Source: Octopus vulgaris
Taxonomy: Eukaryota
NCBI GenBank assembly: GCA_951406725.2
Contig: OX597827.1
Span: 12,028,001-12,092,000 of the forward strand
DNA length: 64,000 nucleotides
Direction of reading: 5' to 3'
Under the pieces are notes generated by a model. That model had not been told where the DNA came from. It ran no database searches and saw nothing but the letters and a program-made list of their open reading frames with translations. The position numbers were made by a program, and so were the translations under genes. Below are positions 36,976 through 50,954 of this stretch, one piece after another; the stretch's first letter is position 1; every line of letters starts with the position of its first letter.

Positions 36976-37439
36976 TACAGAAAGACATATCAATCTTAAT
37001 ACAAATTTTACCCTCACAATAATTATTCTCATCCTCTCTCTCTGCATTCTCTCTCTGTGCATCTATCTTCACAGCGCCAACCAACCAACGTCTTGCCAGC
37101 CATGTTTCCATAGTTTTTTTCTCTCTTCCATACTAAAACATATATTCCTGACCAAACAATGTCCAAAAGAAGAAAATATCACAAGAATTCTCGGGCAAAA
37201 CGCTTTCTGTAAACAAGGAACATTTTTGATATTTCGTTCACGTATTTTCTCGTTTTCAGTTTTGTATTTCAATTCTTCAAAACTAGAAAATGCAATTTGA
37301 AAGTTTTGCATTAACATCAGTCTTAAAAGATGTTGTTGATACCGTTGGCAAAACTTCTGCTGTCAAACTGATTTAAATCAGTAATGTTTCTCAAAATGTT
37401 GTTGCTTGCTCTAGGCACACACTCCAACCTCCACCCTTT

Positions 37440-37872
37440 TCCTCTTCTTCTTCTTCTTCTTCTTTTACTTCTAGCTTTTAGTTTACTCTCCTCCTCCTCT
37501 TTCTTCTCTTCCTCCCATCCTCCCATCATCCTCCTACTTCTTCTTCTTTTCTTCTTCTTCTTCTTTTCTTCTTCTTCTTCTTCTTTTCTTCTTCTTCTTC
37601 TTTTCTTCTTCTTCTTCTTCTTCTTTTCTTCTTCTTCTAGCTTCTAGTTTACTTTCCTCCCTCCTCCTTCTTCTCTTCCCCCCTCCCTTCTCTTCCCCCC
37701 TCCCTCCTCTTCCCCCTTCTCCTCCTCCATGTTCTTCTTCCTTTTCTTCTTTCTTCTTCTTCTTCTTCTTCTTCTTCTTCTTCTTCTTCTACCTGTTCTT
37801 CTTCCTCCACCTCTTCTTCTTCTTCTTCTTCTTCTTCTTCTTCTTCTTCTTCTTCTCCTCCTCCTTCTTCCA
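37440..37872. repeat. (CTT/CCT)n polypyrimidine tract
   Basis: Direct reading. Confidence 0.95.
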
Positions 37873-38134
37873 TTTCAAATTTTCTAAGCTACGAACATTC
37901 GAGAATAAATTTTAGATAGTTTTAACAAAAACGAAAATTATACAATAAACAGACAAACAAATAAAATATATATAAATACCACAAAATAAATAAATAAATA
38001 AATAAATAAATATAAAGATAAACATTAACAAATGAAACAAAAAAAAACAAAACAAAACAAATACTAACAAACAAGCAAATTTAACACAAGGAAACATACT
38101 TGTAGTAACTTCAGAATAAAAGTGTTGTACTAGT

Positions 38135-38178
38135 TTGTGTGTGTGTGTGTGTGTGTATGTGTGTGTGTATGTGAGTGT

Positions 38179-38229
<51 letters not shown>

Positions 38230-38270
38230 TGTGTGCATGTGTGTTTGTGTGTATGTGTGTGTATGTGTGT

Positions 38271-38321
<51 letters not shown>

Positions 38322-38563
38322 TGTATGTGTGTATGTGTGTATGTGTGCGTGTGTATGTGTGTGTGTATGTGTGTGTATGCGTGTGTGTATGTGTGTGTGT
38401 ATGTGTGCGTGTATGTGTGTGTATGTGTGTGTGTATGTGTGTGTGTGTATGTGTGTGTATGTGTGTGTGTGCATGTGTGTGTGTATGTGTGTCTGTGTGT
38501 GCGTATGTGTATGTGTATGTGTGTGTGTATGTGTGTGTGTGTATTTGTGTGTGTGTATGTGTG

Positions 38564-38601
<38 letters not shown>

Positions 38602-38746
38602 TGTATGTGTGTGTGTATGTGTGTGTGTGTATGTGTGTGCGTGTATGTGTGTGTATGTATGTGTGTCTGTGCGTGTGCATTTGTGTGTGTGTTTGTGTGT
38701 ATGTGTGTGTGTGTGTGTGTGCGTGTGTGTGTGTGTGTCTGTGCGT
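38135..38746. repeat. (GT/GTAT)n microsatellite, about 610 bp
   Basis: Direct reading. Confidence 0.95.
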
Positions 38747-39403
38747 TGTGGTAACTATTATACAATAATAGGAATCAAAAGTTGGTTGCTTGTCAAGTGC
38801 CTGGCAGGTTTGGCAATCAGCAGAGAAAACCAAATGGAGCTTGAAAATAATTCTATGGAGATATTGATAAACAACTTTAATTTAGAATTAAATTCTGAGA
38901 ATGAAATTTTTGGTAAAAAATTTTTCTTTCTCCACTATCTGCCGGAACATTGACATTTTCTGAAATGATTAAAGTTGATTAACAGTTTGATCACTCGTAA
39001 TAAATGTTTAGTGTAAAACACTGCAAGTCGGAGAGACAAGCCCTCCAATAAAATTCTTTTAGTCAAATCATAAAACGGTTATATTGTTGTTCGGTCGTCG
39101 TTGTTCTTTTTCTTGTTGTTGTTGTAGTCAAGGTGATGGTGGTGTCTTTTGGGGCATGTGTGTATGTTTATACTTAAGATGTTTATTGTGTACTACATTT
39201 TCAAAGTCAAAACAGGAGAGCCCAAAGGTAAGGGGAGCAATTCTTCAATTGGTAAATTCAATAAAGCACTATTTTAATGAAATTTAAGTACAGTTACAAC
39301 ACATATCAAAAGGAATTACTACTACTGCTACTGCCACTACTACCATCACCACGACCACCACTACTACTACCATCACCACGACCATCACCACTGCTACCAC
39401 TAC

Positions 39404-39920
39404 CATGCACTGTGTCTCCTCTCCACAACTTGTTATGCTTTTAGGCAAGTCTAGAGTATTCCTTCATGATAAGGGTAATGGTTTCATTCACTCTATAACA
39501 GTCATAGCACACTGGAGACACTTGGTCACTCCAAAGACTGACCCTCTGATCTGTGGCCAAAGTATGGTCTTGCACCACGAGTATAGTGCTCTCAGTCTCT
39601 TTTTACAGTGCTACCATCTCCAGCCATTCCTATGTGTTCCAGCAACTTCAGCTGTGGCTGCATGGAATTGATTGTCTAGTTCCCTGTTGCACAATACTTC
39701 TTCATATCCTTATTTATACTCCTTGCTTTATTTTTCCCTTTTCTCTGCTTTCCATACTCCCTCATTCCTATCTGATGCTAGCAAGGTTTCCTTACTTTGG
39801 GATGAGTATCTCAGTAAGCACCTAAGTTCAATATGTACACAGTCTTCCACTCTTATCAGTCCCCTTCCTCCAATTGCTCTCTTCATGTATAGGCAATGTG
39901 TCTGCACTTGGATGATGGCT
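39404..39920 (-). mobile_element. Old Dong/R4-clade LINE internal fragment (post-RT region to CCHC)
   Basis: HHP..D..CLYMKRAIGGRGLIRVEDCV...ETESTILVVQDHTLAT...CYDCYRVNETI, with stops and frameshifts. Confidence 0.75.
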
Positions 39921-39941
39921 TTGTTGTTATTATTATTATTA

Positions 39942-40019
<78 letters not shown>

Positions 40020-40472
40020 GAGTGAGAGATCAGTGCATGCCATCAAAGTGATACTGGGGTAAAATGTACAAAGCCCAGTATACCCATCATGACTACCCGT
40101 TTGATAAGGGTACACTAGGAACATGCATCACAACCATATGTGCGCGACATATCAAGATAAACAGCACATGACCTTGCAGGTGGGGCCCAATTAGAATTTT
40201 CTTCTGGTCGAGTAACCCATCCCGCTCAAAAGGTCCTTGAATAAGGGTTCTTTAAGGATGTTGAACGAACCACCCATGTTTCCAAAGGTGAATTATCCAA
40301 ACCTCTAAGAATTCCTTTCAACACATGGCTATGATGCTTCCCCACTACTTCTGCTCATGATCAGAGATACACATATCATCAGCCACTAAGGGACATGGTC
40401 AACTGGTTAAGGTCAAACAACTGGACAAGCAAATCTGTGGTATTGAGCAGAATATTTGCTGTAGCCCATCTT
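40020..40472 (-). mobile_element. Unclassified ~450-bp element embedded in (TAA)n
   Basis: Complex sequence bounded on both sides by TAA-type tracts; no ORF recognised. Confidence 0.45.
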
Positions 40473-41452
<980 letters not shown>

Positions 41453-41455
<3 letters not shown>

Positions 41456-41668
41456 TAGTCTTTTTTTATGTGCTTTCACTGCACTACCAAGTGCAGCTCT
41501 GTGTGCCTTGGGTATGTGCTGTAGTTTGTTGCAATGCTCTTGTTTTTACTGTATTGAAAGTGTTTTATGTAAGATGTGTGCGGTGCCTAGTAGTGCTATT
41601 TTTTGTATGTTATATATATTTGTGGGTCCTGATGCTTTTGTTATGTGTTTGTCTGAATATTTTTTATC
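41453..41668 (-). mobile_element. Dong/R4-clade LINE 3' end
   Basis: KYSDKHITKASGPTNIYNIQKIALLGTAHILHKTLSIQ*; same family as 41753-42068. Confidence 0.8.
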
Positions 41669-41752
41669 ATATTACTGAATATTTTTTATGATATGTCTGA
41701 ATATTTTTTCATCATAGACCTGAATATTTTTATCATATTATTATTATTATTA

Positions 41753-42068
41753 TTCAGTAGTTTTATTTTTATAGCGTGCTTTCACTTCACTACCGAGCGC
41801 AGCTCTGTGTGCCTTGGGTATGTGCTGTGATTTGTTGTGATGCTCTGATGGTTATTGTATGGAAAGTGTTCTGCGTAGGATGTGTGCAGTGCCTAGTAGT
41901 GTAATTTTCTGTATGTTATATGTGTTTGTAAGTCCTGGTGTTTTTGTTATGTATTTGTCTGAATATTTTTTTATCATGCCTAATGCACCTACTATGATAG
42001 GAATTGTTTCTGTTTTCAGGTTCCACATTCTAGTTACCTCTATTTCCAGGTCTTTGTATTTTGAGAGT
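41753..42068 (-). mobile_element. Dong/R4-clade LINE 3' end, third family
   Basis: KLSKYKDLEIEVTRMWNLKTETIPIIVGALGMIKKYSDKYITKTPGLTNTYNIQKITLLGTAHILRRTLSIQ*, then (TAA)n. Confidence 0.88.
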
Positions 42069-42089
42069 TTCTTCTTCTTCTTCTTCTTC

Positions 42090-42175
<86 letters not shown>

Positions 42176-43174
42176 ACTGAAAGTGGTAACTTGGCATAAT
42201 AATTAGCATATTGAACAAAATGCTTAGTGGTATTTCTTCTGGATCTCTATGTTCTAAGTTCAAATTCCACCAAAGTAAACTTTGCCTTTCATCTTTTCAG
42301 CATGGGGGGGGGGGGCAGGGGGCAAAGTAATCAATTTATTCCCTCCCCTTAAATTGCTGGCATTGTGCCAAAATTTAAAGCCATTATTATTGGTCAACAA
42401 AGCAAGTAACTAACGATATACTAGTTAATTAATAATAATTATAACAGGAAGTGAAATAGAATCAGTGTATGTATTTCTATTGGCAAAATTATCCTCCCAA
42501 ATTACAAAAAATATTTTTGCTTTCATGAAATTCGTTTGGTTGACAACAGTGGTTCTAGTGTTTGCTGTTTCTTCTCCTATCTACATCCTTTATTCTCTTC
42601 TTTCTGATTTCCTTGGCATTTTTGCATGGTCTCTATGACAGCGTCTTCCTCTGTATTTCTAACAGATGCTATCCCAGTACTTTCAACGGTAGCCAGCTCT
42701 TCATCAATGACAACAGCTGACATTTCTTGGCCTTTAGTGATTGTCATCTTGTCAACAACACATTAACCGCAAATGACGCTGTCTTATGATTTACACAGAA
42801 CTTTTGTCTTAAGATTGTCTTAATAATTTATAGTGTTGTCTTAATATGTAGGGTTTTTCTTTTCTTTTAATTTATTTGTCTCACTTTTCTTTGCAATCTT
42901 GCAAAAAAATGGTCATATTTCTAAAAATTAATGAAACAGAATAATAACTTTTAAATTTTGGCACAAGGCCTGCAATTTTAAGGGGACAGGGGGCAAGTCA
43001 GTTATATTGACTCTAATACTTGAGTGTTACTTTATTGTATCGACCAATCAACCTCTAAAGTATGAAAAGCAATGTCACTTCCAATGGTATTTGAACTTGG
43101 AATGCTTAGAGCCAAAAGAGATGCTCAAGCCATTTTGTCTGAAGTGCGAATGATACTGCTAGCTCACCTGACAC

Positions 43175-43253
43175 TGAAGAAGAAGGGAAAGAAGAAGAAG
43201 AAGAAGAAGAAGAAGAAGAAGAAGAAGAAGAAGAAGAAGAAGAACAAGAAGAA

Positions 43254-43288
<35 letters not shown>

Positions 43289-44008
43289 AGAAGAAGAAGA
43301 AGAAGAAGAAAAAGAAGAAGAGGAAGGCAAAGAAGAAGAAGAAGAAGAAGAAGAAAAAGAAGAAGAAGAAGAAAAAGGTGAAGAAGGTGAAGAAGAAGAA
43401 GAAGAAAAAGTAGAAGAAGAAGAAAAAGAAGAAGAAGAAGAAGAAGAAGAAGAAGAAGAAGAAGAAGAAGAAGAAGAAGAAGAGGAAGGCAAAGAAGAAG
43501 AAGAAGAAGAAGTAGAAGAAGAAGATAAAGAAGAAGAAGAAGAAGAAGAAGAAGAAAAAGAAGAAGAGGAAGGCAAAGAAAATGAAGAAGAAGAAGAAGA
43601 AGAAGAAGAAAAAAAAGAAGATGAAGAAGAAGAAGAAGAAGAAGAGGAAGGCAAAGAAGATGAAGAAGAAGAAGAAAAAGAAGAAGAGGAAGGCAAAGAA
43701 GATGAAGAAGAAGAAGAAGAAGAAGATGAAGAAGGTGAAGAAGAAGAAGAAGAAGAAAAAGATGAAGAAGGTGAAGAAGAAGAAGAAGAGGAAGAAGAAA
43801 AAGAAGAAGAGGAAGGCGAAGGAGAAGATGAAGAAGAAGAAGAAGAGGAGGGTAAAGAGGAAGGAGAAGATGAAGAAGAAGAAGTGGAAGAAGAAGAAGA
43901 AGAAGATTAAGAAGAAGAAGAAGAAGAGGAAGGCGAAGAAGAAGATGAAGAAGGAGAAAAAGAAGAAGATGAAGAAGAAGAACAACAACAACTACAACAA
44001 CAACAAAG
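43175..44008. repeat. (GAA)n polypurine microsatellite, about 800 bp
   Basis: Direct reading. Confidence 0.97.
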
Positions 44009-44207
44009 ATAGCAATAGTGTAGGAAGCAGCTGCTATTTGTGAATGAGTATGGCTTGTTGACATGTACCAATATTTCCTGAATTCACTAATTGTTTTAGG
44101 TGCTTGTGTAGTACTGAGGTAAGATAGACCCACACTTTAGTCTCCCATCCTTTGATCCATTGAAACATTCTAGGTATGAGAGAGAGAGAGAGAGAGTATA
44201 TACATAT

Positions 44208-44380
44208 AGGCGCAGGAGTGGCTGTGTGGTAAGTAGCTTGCTAACCAACCACATGGTTCCGGGTTCAGTCCCACTGTGTGGTATCTTGGGCAAGTGTCTT
44301 CTGCTATAATCCCGGGCCGACCAATGCCTTGTGAGTGGATTTGGTAGACGGAAACCGCTAAGAAGCCTGTCATATATATG

Positions 44381-44415
<35 letters not shown>

Positions 44416-44636
44416 TTGTGTGTCTGTGTTTGTCCCCCTAGCATTGCTTGACAACCAATGCTGGTGTGTTTACATCCCCATCACTTAGCGGTTCAGCAAA
44501 AGAGACCGATAGAATAAGTACTGGGCTTACAAAAGAATATGTCCCGGGGTCGATTTGCTCAACTAAAGGCGGTGCTCCAGCATGGCCGCAGTCAAATGAC
44601 TGAAACAAGTAAAAGAGTAAAAGAGTAAAAGAGAGA
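44208..44636 (+). mobile_element. SINE family A
   Basis: Full-length match. Confidence 0.92.
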
Positions 44637-44671
<35 letters not shown>

Positions 44672-44887
44672 TGCGTTTGTGTTTGTAAGTGTGAGTGTGA
44701 AACCTAGACCAGCACGTAGTTTGTACTTGTCTTCTGCTGAGTTCTCTGAAGCCATGTGAAGTGAAGGACATTACTCAAGGATGCAATGAGTCATCCAGTC
44801 CAGAAATAAAACCCATGTTATTATGAGAGGGAGCTTGAGTACCCTAATTACCAGGACAGGTGCCTTCACTATAATAACAACACCACC

Positions 44888-44922
<35 letters not shown>

Positions 44923-45004
44923 TAATGATCCTTTTGTTATTAGACACAATAGCTCAGAGATACAAAAAAGTTCATGATTTTCACTAGGATTTATAATGAA
45001 AGCT

Positions 45005-45177
45005 ACCCCTTTTTTTTGTTTTTCTTTTATTTCATCCCACCCTTTTTTGTCCTCTTTCTTTCCTTTTACGATCCCTTTTGATCGAAAACCAAACACCCTT
45101 TTGTTACCCCCAAAAGAAAAGCTCTACCTTGTAATTTGTCCTGTCTGTGTGCAGCCCTGTGTGGCTAATAAAGAAAC
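45005..45177 (+). mobile_element. LINE 3'UTR fragment related to 17391-17870
   Basis: Ends GTGTGCAGCCCTGTGTGGCTAATAAAGAAA, like the Tx1-type tail. Confidence 0.6.
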
Positions 45178-45178
45178 A

Positions 45179-45661
45179 TATAACGGAAGGCAAGGTTTAC
45201 GATAACGGGAGAATATCGCCTTCTCCCATTATATCTTGTTCATCATGTAGTTCTGGCTTCAGCAGGCGAAGAAAGAAGTCTTTAAGTACAAAGGCAATTT
45301 ACAACCGGTTTATTTACAAGTTTCACAGAAAAGGTGAAGTGTACTGCTCTCAGCAACCATCTCAAACTGTGTGCATTTGTGTTGTATCTCCGTTAGTGCG
45401 GGCACATTGCCTCTGGAGGTACAACATGGAGACAGGCCCAGCCAGTGAAGTGCGCTCAGCAAGCACTGCTGCAATGAAGCGGAGAGAGAGAATGAATCGG
45501 TTTCTGTTTTTGCCCTTATATATACAGTTTGCCATCCCGAGCCTCGTTGTGATTTCATGCATGGCAACTGGATGCAGGTGAGGTCTCACTCCAGTCTCGG
45601 AGATGGCAATGGCTGCCACGAGATCTCATCCAATATGGCGCTGACTGCTTGTACCACTACA
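45179..45661 (-). mobile_element. Probable solo LTR
   Basis: Minus strand starts TGTAGTGG, has TATATAAG then AATAAA, and ends CCGTTATA (degenerate ..TTACA); TSD not recovered. Confidence 0.5.
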
Positions 45662-45991
45662 AAGGTAAAAAAGTGTGGATTGTAGAAAAATACATTTACA
45701 AATTATGAAAGCTGGATGGAGGCAGCTGCATTCACACTCACAGATATACATATACAAGCATATACTGGAGTAAACACATAAATGTGAAACAAGGTGGAAA
45801 AAAGAGTACTCAATACCAGTGGTAGAGTAATATGTTGAATTTTCTGTTGCTTTAAATAAAGTATATAAGCATATAGACATATGCATATACATACACACAT
45901 GCATTTACAATGCATATATTTGTACAGATAAGGGAAACATTTACAAAAAATATGCAATTATTACAACATGATTTAATTTGAGATAATATAT

Positions 45992-47158
45992 TGTTACGGT
46001 TTAGCTGGTGCATTTCCCGGTGACCCACATTGGAATTATGGTTCCGGCATGTCTAGTAGAAAAGTGACAGTCTTTTGTTTAATGGAGGACTAATGGGTTT
46101 TGGAATGACCTGTGACCTTGTGTGGGTGAATTAGGGGTCGCTCTGGGCACCCCTTGAAGAAGTGAAGAGGAGGACAGATTAAGGGAATCTAAGAGCAGAT
46201 GGAGAGGGTATTGACAGTAGGAGAGAAGGACAGGCAGAGAGTTTGGTAGAGCTGTCATGAGAGAGATAGAGTATAAGACTAAGGGACAGATAGAGAGGCT
46301 AAGGGACAGTAGGCGATATAGATAGAGTAAGGAATCAGATAGCAAATAGAAAGACTATAGGTGGTAGAACAGAGGGAGATGAGGGAGTGGAAGTCAGGAC
46401 AAGGAAGTGAGGTTCTGGGCAGTCGTTGAGCGGTCGTCGAGGAACACAGACGGATCTTGGAGTCGCTGGCCGGTCCTGGAAGAAGACAGACGGACTCTGG
46501 AGGTCAGAGCGAGTGGATGGAACCTTGGATTTAAGGAGCAAGCGTTGGAATTCCTGGGAGCGAGCTGGGATGCGAGGAGGCCTAGGAGCAAGCAATTGGA
46601 ATATGCACAGAGGGGAATTAGCAGAGTATTCAGAGGATTTAGCAGTATTAAGAAATGAGTGCAGAATGGGACACTGGCGATTCAGTTAGGAATTGAGGTA
46701 TGTGTTGATGTGACTTAATCTGTGGTGTGTAAAAAGAAGGACTCTGTCGATGTAGTCGATAAAGAACATTGTGAAGAAGAAGAGTAAAGGACTTGTTGTC
46801 TTGGGACGTGTACTCTTGAATTGTTACATGATGTTGTATTATGCTTTGAGTTGTACTCTTGAAATGCTGTTGTATTATGTATTGAGTAGTCACGTGCATG
46901 TCTTCCTTTAAATGTCTGCCTTAAATGTATTTGATGTGTAGCAATAGATTGTCGTATAAACTGTTGTTTGAATATAAGCCAGTGTTGCCAGTTGTTGCCT
47001 TGCCTCTTTGGGTTGTATCTCGGGTTGTGCCTCTGTATCTCTGTGCTGCTGAGGTTGTGGCAGTATCTATCTGTATCTCCTCTCTCCGCCTCTTTGGGTT
47101 CCGTGGCGGAACTTGTGTGAGCCGTTCGGGACGGGCGACGACGGGTGATTCCGTAACA
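45992..47158 (+). mobile_element. Solo LTR (Gypsy-type), 1167 bp, 4-bp TSD
   Basis: ATAT|TGTTACGG ... CCGTAACA|ATAT: 8-bp perfect inverted termini with an ATAT duplication. Strand inferred from the GT-rich U5-like end. Confidence 0.85.
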
Positions 47159-47609
47159 ATATTAAAGATTACTGGTTAACTTGGGTTTATGTACTCTACA
47201 TATCTGCTTACTTAACCATTTCTGAAATTCTGTTCTAGTGCAACCAAATGCGCAGGTGAGCATTTTTTGAGACATTTATTGTTAAAAACACCAGCATAAA
47301 GAGGATTCTTTTGAGTTTAGTGTAATGCCATAATTTTAATTTTAATTATAAAGTATCTTTTGCACATTATTTATATTCTGAGCCTTATTTCGTATGCAAA
47401 GAGTCCCTGGCACCTGATTTTTAAAGAATGGTGAAGCTTAGTTCATCTTTGTTCTCTTAATTTTCTCTGTTATTTTCCTGGGGAGACATGTTGTTATTTT
47501 GAAGAAACTGTTCCCTCTCACCTATTTTAGATTGTTTTATGCAAAATAGTTTTTTTACTGCGAGATTTTTTCGTTTTCTCTTTGTATTTTTACAGATTAT
47601 TTGAGAAAT

Positions 47610-48012
47610 AGGTGCAGGTGTGGCTGTGTGGTAAGTAGCTTGCTTACCAACCACATGGTTCTGGGTTCAGTCCCACTGCGTGGTACCTTGGGCAAATGTC
47701 TTCTACTATAGCCTCGGGCCGACCAAAGCCCTGTGAGTGGATTTGGTAGACGGAAACTGAAAGAAGCCCGTCGTATATATGTATATATATATGAGTGTGT
47801 ATGTGTCTGTGTTTGTCCCCCTAGCATTGCTTGACAACCGATGCTGGTGTGTTTATGTCCTCGTTACTTAGCGGTTCGGCAAAAGAGACCGATAGAATAA
47901 GTACTGGGCTTACAAAAGAATAAGTCCCGGGATCGAGTTGCTCGATTAAAGGCGGTGCTCCAGCATGGCCACAGTCAAATGACTGAAACAAGTAAAAGAG
48001 TAAAAGCGAGAG
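47610..48012 (+). mobile_element. SINE family A
   Basis: Full-length match. Confidence 0.92.
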
Positions 48013-48324
48013 TAAATTTAGTCTGCAACAATCGTTTCTGCCTTGTCTCACAACGAAACTATTGTATCACACAATACTGTTAAGGCACAACGTATTTGCT
48101 CATTTAATTGTAATACTGTGCCTAAACATATTTCCTTTGCCATCCCCAAGATTTTTCCTGGTGGTGTTCTACGGACTGGTATCTGTTCTTCATTTGGTTC
48201 ATTATAGTTGTCCCATCGTTTTCAAACATCGTTAATTTAGTCTTTCCAATTCCTTCTGCCATGAAACTGCAAAATATATTTTCTTCAATAACAATAGTAA
48301 CTAAGTGTTCTGCTTTATTATTAA

Positions 48325-49145
48325 CTAGCATTATGACCCGTCTTCGCCGGGTCATAGTGCTAGTGCATGTATATATGTGTACATATTACATGTACATCTA
48401 TATATATATATATATACACATCTACACATAAAATACAAAATACAAAGTTATATCTTGATATCGCTAGTGATAACAATACTGAAAATATATAACAATACTG
48501 AAAATATATAATTGTAGGACTATTCCATTTCTGCACGCTAATTTTATTTTTAATTTATTCCCATTCATGTGAAACCACTTTTTCAAGTTCAAGTCATTGA
48601 TGCAATTTTATACCAATTGTTATTTTTACTTTTGTTATGTTACTATTATATTATACTTTAGTTTGATTTTAATTATTACTTACTACATATAATTAAATTG
48701 TTATTATTATCTCTAATTTTTATTGTTAAAGTGAAAGTATCTGACATAAAATAGAGAAATGTTTTTGTTTCACTTTTAACACGTAATACTGAAATAGTGG
48801 AGAAGATATGATATTGCTATGGGCTCACGCTAGGCAAGAAATTGAACATTTTTTTTGCCCATGAAACTACATGGACCCTAAAGTAAGGCATGTGTAAAAT
48901 TTGAATGAAATTGGTTATGTAGTTCTCAAGTATTAGGGAATCGTAGTGGAGAAGATATGATATTGCTGTGGGCTTACCCTAGGCAAAAAGTTCAAAATGT
49001 TTTTTGCTGATGACACTCCCTGGACTCTAAGTAAAGCATGTGTAAAGTTTGGATGAAATTGGTTGTGTAGTTCTCAAGTTTTAGGGAAACACACAGACAG
49101 ACAGACACACACACACACATTCTCAGTTTTATATATATATAGAGA
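48325..49145 (-). mobile_element. Non-autonomous Helitron, second family
   Basis: Minus strand A|TCTCTATATATATATAAAACTGAGAATGTGTG...TATGACCCG-GCGAAGA-CGGGTCATA ATGCTAG|T; internal ~148-bp direct duplication (~48795 and ~48943). Confidence 0.85.
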
Positions 49146-49415
49146 TCTTAAGCTGTTTTTCTTCATTGCTTCAACAACGCAGACTTCCAGTGTGGCTCTG
49201 TGGTCTATGTGTTTCATTAAAATTTGCAAATCCATTCTGATGGACCTGATCTTGAGCCACTTTTTTAAAATCCTACTTTGGCCACTCACCCATATTGCAG
49301 TATAAATTTGAGTATTAGCCATTGGTCTACATTATTTCGTATGTCTTTTATTGTCAGTCTTGTATTCTTTGACTCATGTACTGAGTGCAAATGTATAGTC
49401 AGTGGTATCTTTCTT

Positions 49416-49619
49416 TCTTTCTTTTACTTGTTTCAGTCATTTGACTGCGGCCATGCTGGAGAAACGCCTTCAGTCGAGCAAATCGACCCCGGGACTTATT
49501 CTTTGTAAGCCCAGTACTTATTCTATCGGTCTCTTTTGCAGAACCGCTAAGTGACAGGGACGTAAACACACCAGCATCAGTTGTCAAGCAATGCTAGGGG
49601 GACAAACACAGACACACAA

Positions 49620-49652
<33 letters not shown>

Positions 49653-49817
49653 CAACAGGCTTCTTTCAGTTTCCATCTACCAAATCCACTCACAAGGCAT
49701 TGGTCGGCCCGGGCTATAGCAGAAGACACTTGCCCAAGGTGCCACGCAGTGGGACTGAACCCGGAACCATGTGGTTGGTTAGCAAGCTACTTACCACACA
49801 GCCACTCCTGTGCCTAT
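49416..49817 (-). mobile_element. SINE family A
   Basis: Full-length match. Confidence 0.92.
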
Positions 49818-50207
49818 ATGTTCTGCAAACTTGTATTATGTTTATAGTTTCAAAGGTACAGCTAAATAGTTCCATAATTGTTGCATCTTTCAGTTGAGAG
49901 AATTTTTTCTGATATGTCCTGAAGGGTTTGTTGTACTACTACGAATGAAGGAAGATTTAGTTCAATTCTATCTTTTCATAAGCAAAGATATATAATTTTT
50001 CCTTCGCTCTCTCTTATGGATTATCTGTGCAGCTAAGAAATGCTGGCTAGTTTTACAAAATTCTTTGACATAGATTTTTTTCTCATAACAGTGATGAATC
50101 TAAAAATTCCATATGGCTACTATGTATGAACAGGCCAAAAAATCTGTGTAAAAGTCACTTTTATTGTTGTTGCTCATACTGTTGCTGTCTTCATGATAAA
50201 TTATTCA

Positions 50208-50371
50208 TAGGCGCAGAAGTGGCTGTGTGATAAGTAGCTTGCCTACCAACCACATGGTTCCGGGTTTAGTCCCACTGTGTGGCATCTTGGGCAAGTGTCT
50301 TCTACTATAGCCTCGGGCCGACCAAAGCCTTGTGAGTGGATTTGGTAGACGGAAACTGAAAGAAGCCCGTC

Positions 50372-50406
<35 letters not shown>

Positions 50407-50626
50407 TGTGTGTGTTTGTGTGTCTGTGTTTGTTCCCCCTAGCATTGCTTGACAACCGATGCTGGTGTGTTTATGTCCCCGTTACTTAGCGGTTCGGCAA
50501 AAGAGACCGATAGAATAAGTACTGGACTTACAAAAGAATAAGTCCCGGGGTCGATTTGCTCGACTGAAGGCGTTTCTCCAGCATGGCCGCAGTCAAATGA
50601 CTGAAACAAGTAAAAGAGTAAAGGAG
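50208..50626 (+). mobile_element. SINE family A
   Basis: Full-length match. Confidence 0.92.
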
Positions 50627-50954
50627 TATTCGAGTATTTACAACATTTTCTTCTTTTAAATGTCCAGTAAGCTGTTAATTTTCTTCTTCCTCTTGTACAT
50701 GTAGTTCTGTTTCTGCCATTGGCATTGTTTTCTCTGACATTGCAGGGTTCAGTCTTGTCACATGATTGTGTGTGGTAGTTATTTTGAATGTGAAAAATGT
50801 AATGTGTGCAAATAAAAGTTTGAAGTTTGTGAAACAAATGTCTTTTCTCACTAGTTTTAACCCAAAGATATCAAGAGCAGCCCTTCCTTGTTGCAATTAT
50901 AAATATTTTACAAGTACCTTTCTGGACATTTTCATTAAGTAAAACTTGAATAGA

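Noticed and set aside
38940-39080. Cluster of homeodomain-like motifs (TGATTAA, CCAATAAAA, TCATAAAA) as an enhancer
   Set aside because: Expected by chance in AT-rich DNA; no conservation data available.
42560-42790. Short minus-strand reading MTITKGQEMSAVVIDEELATVES...
   Set aside because: Under 60 aa, no recognisable family and no splice support.
48020-50940. Possible very old minus-strand LINE RT between the insertions (DYTFALST..KEYK)
   Set aside because: Similarity is too faint to support by eye; needs an HMM search after removing the inserts.
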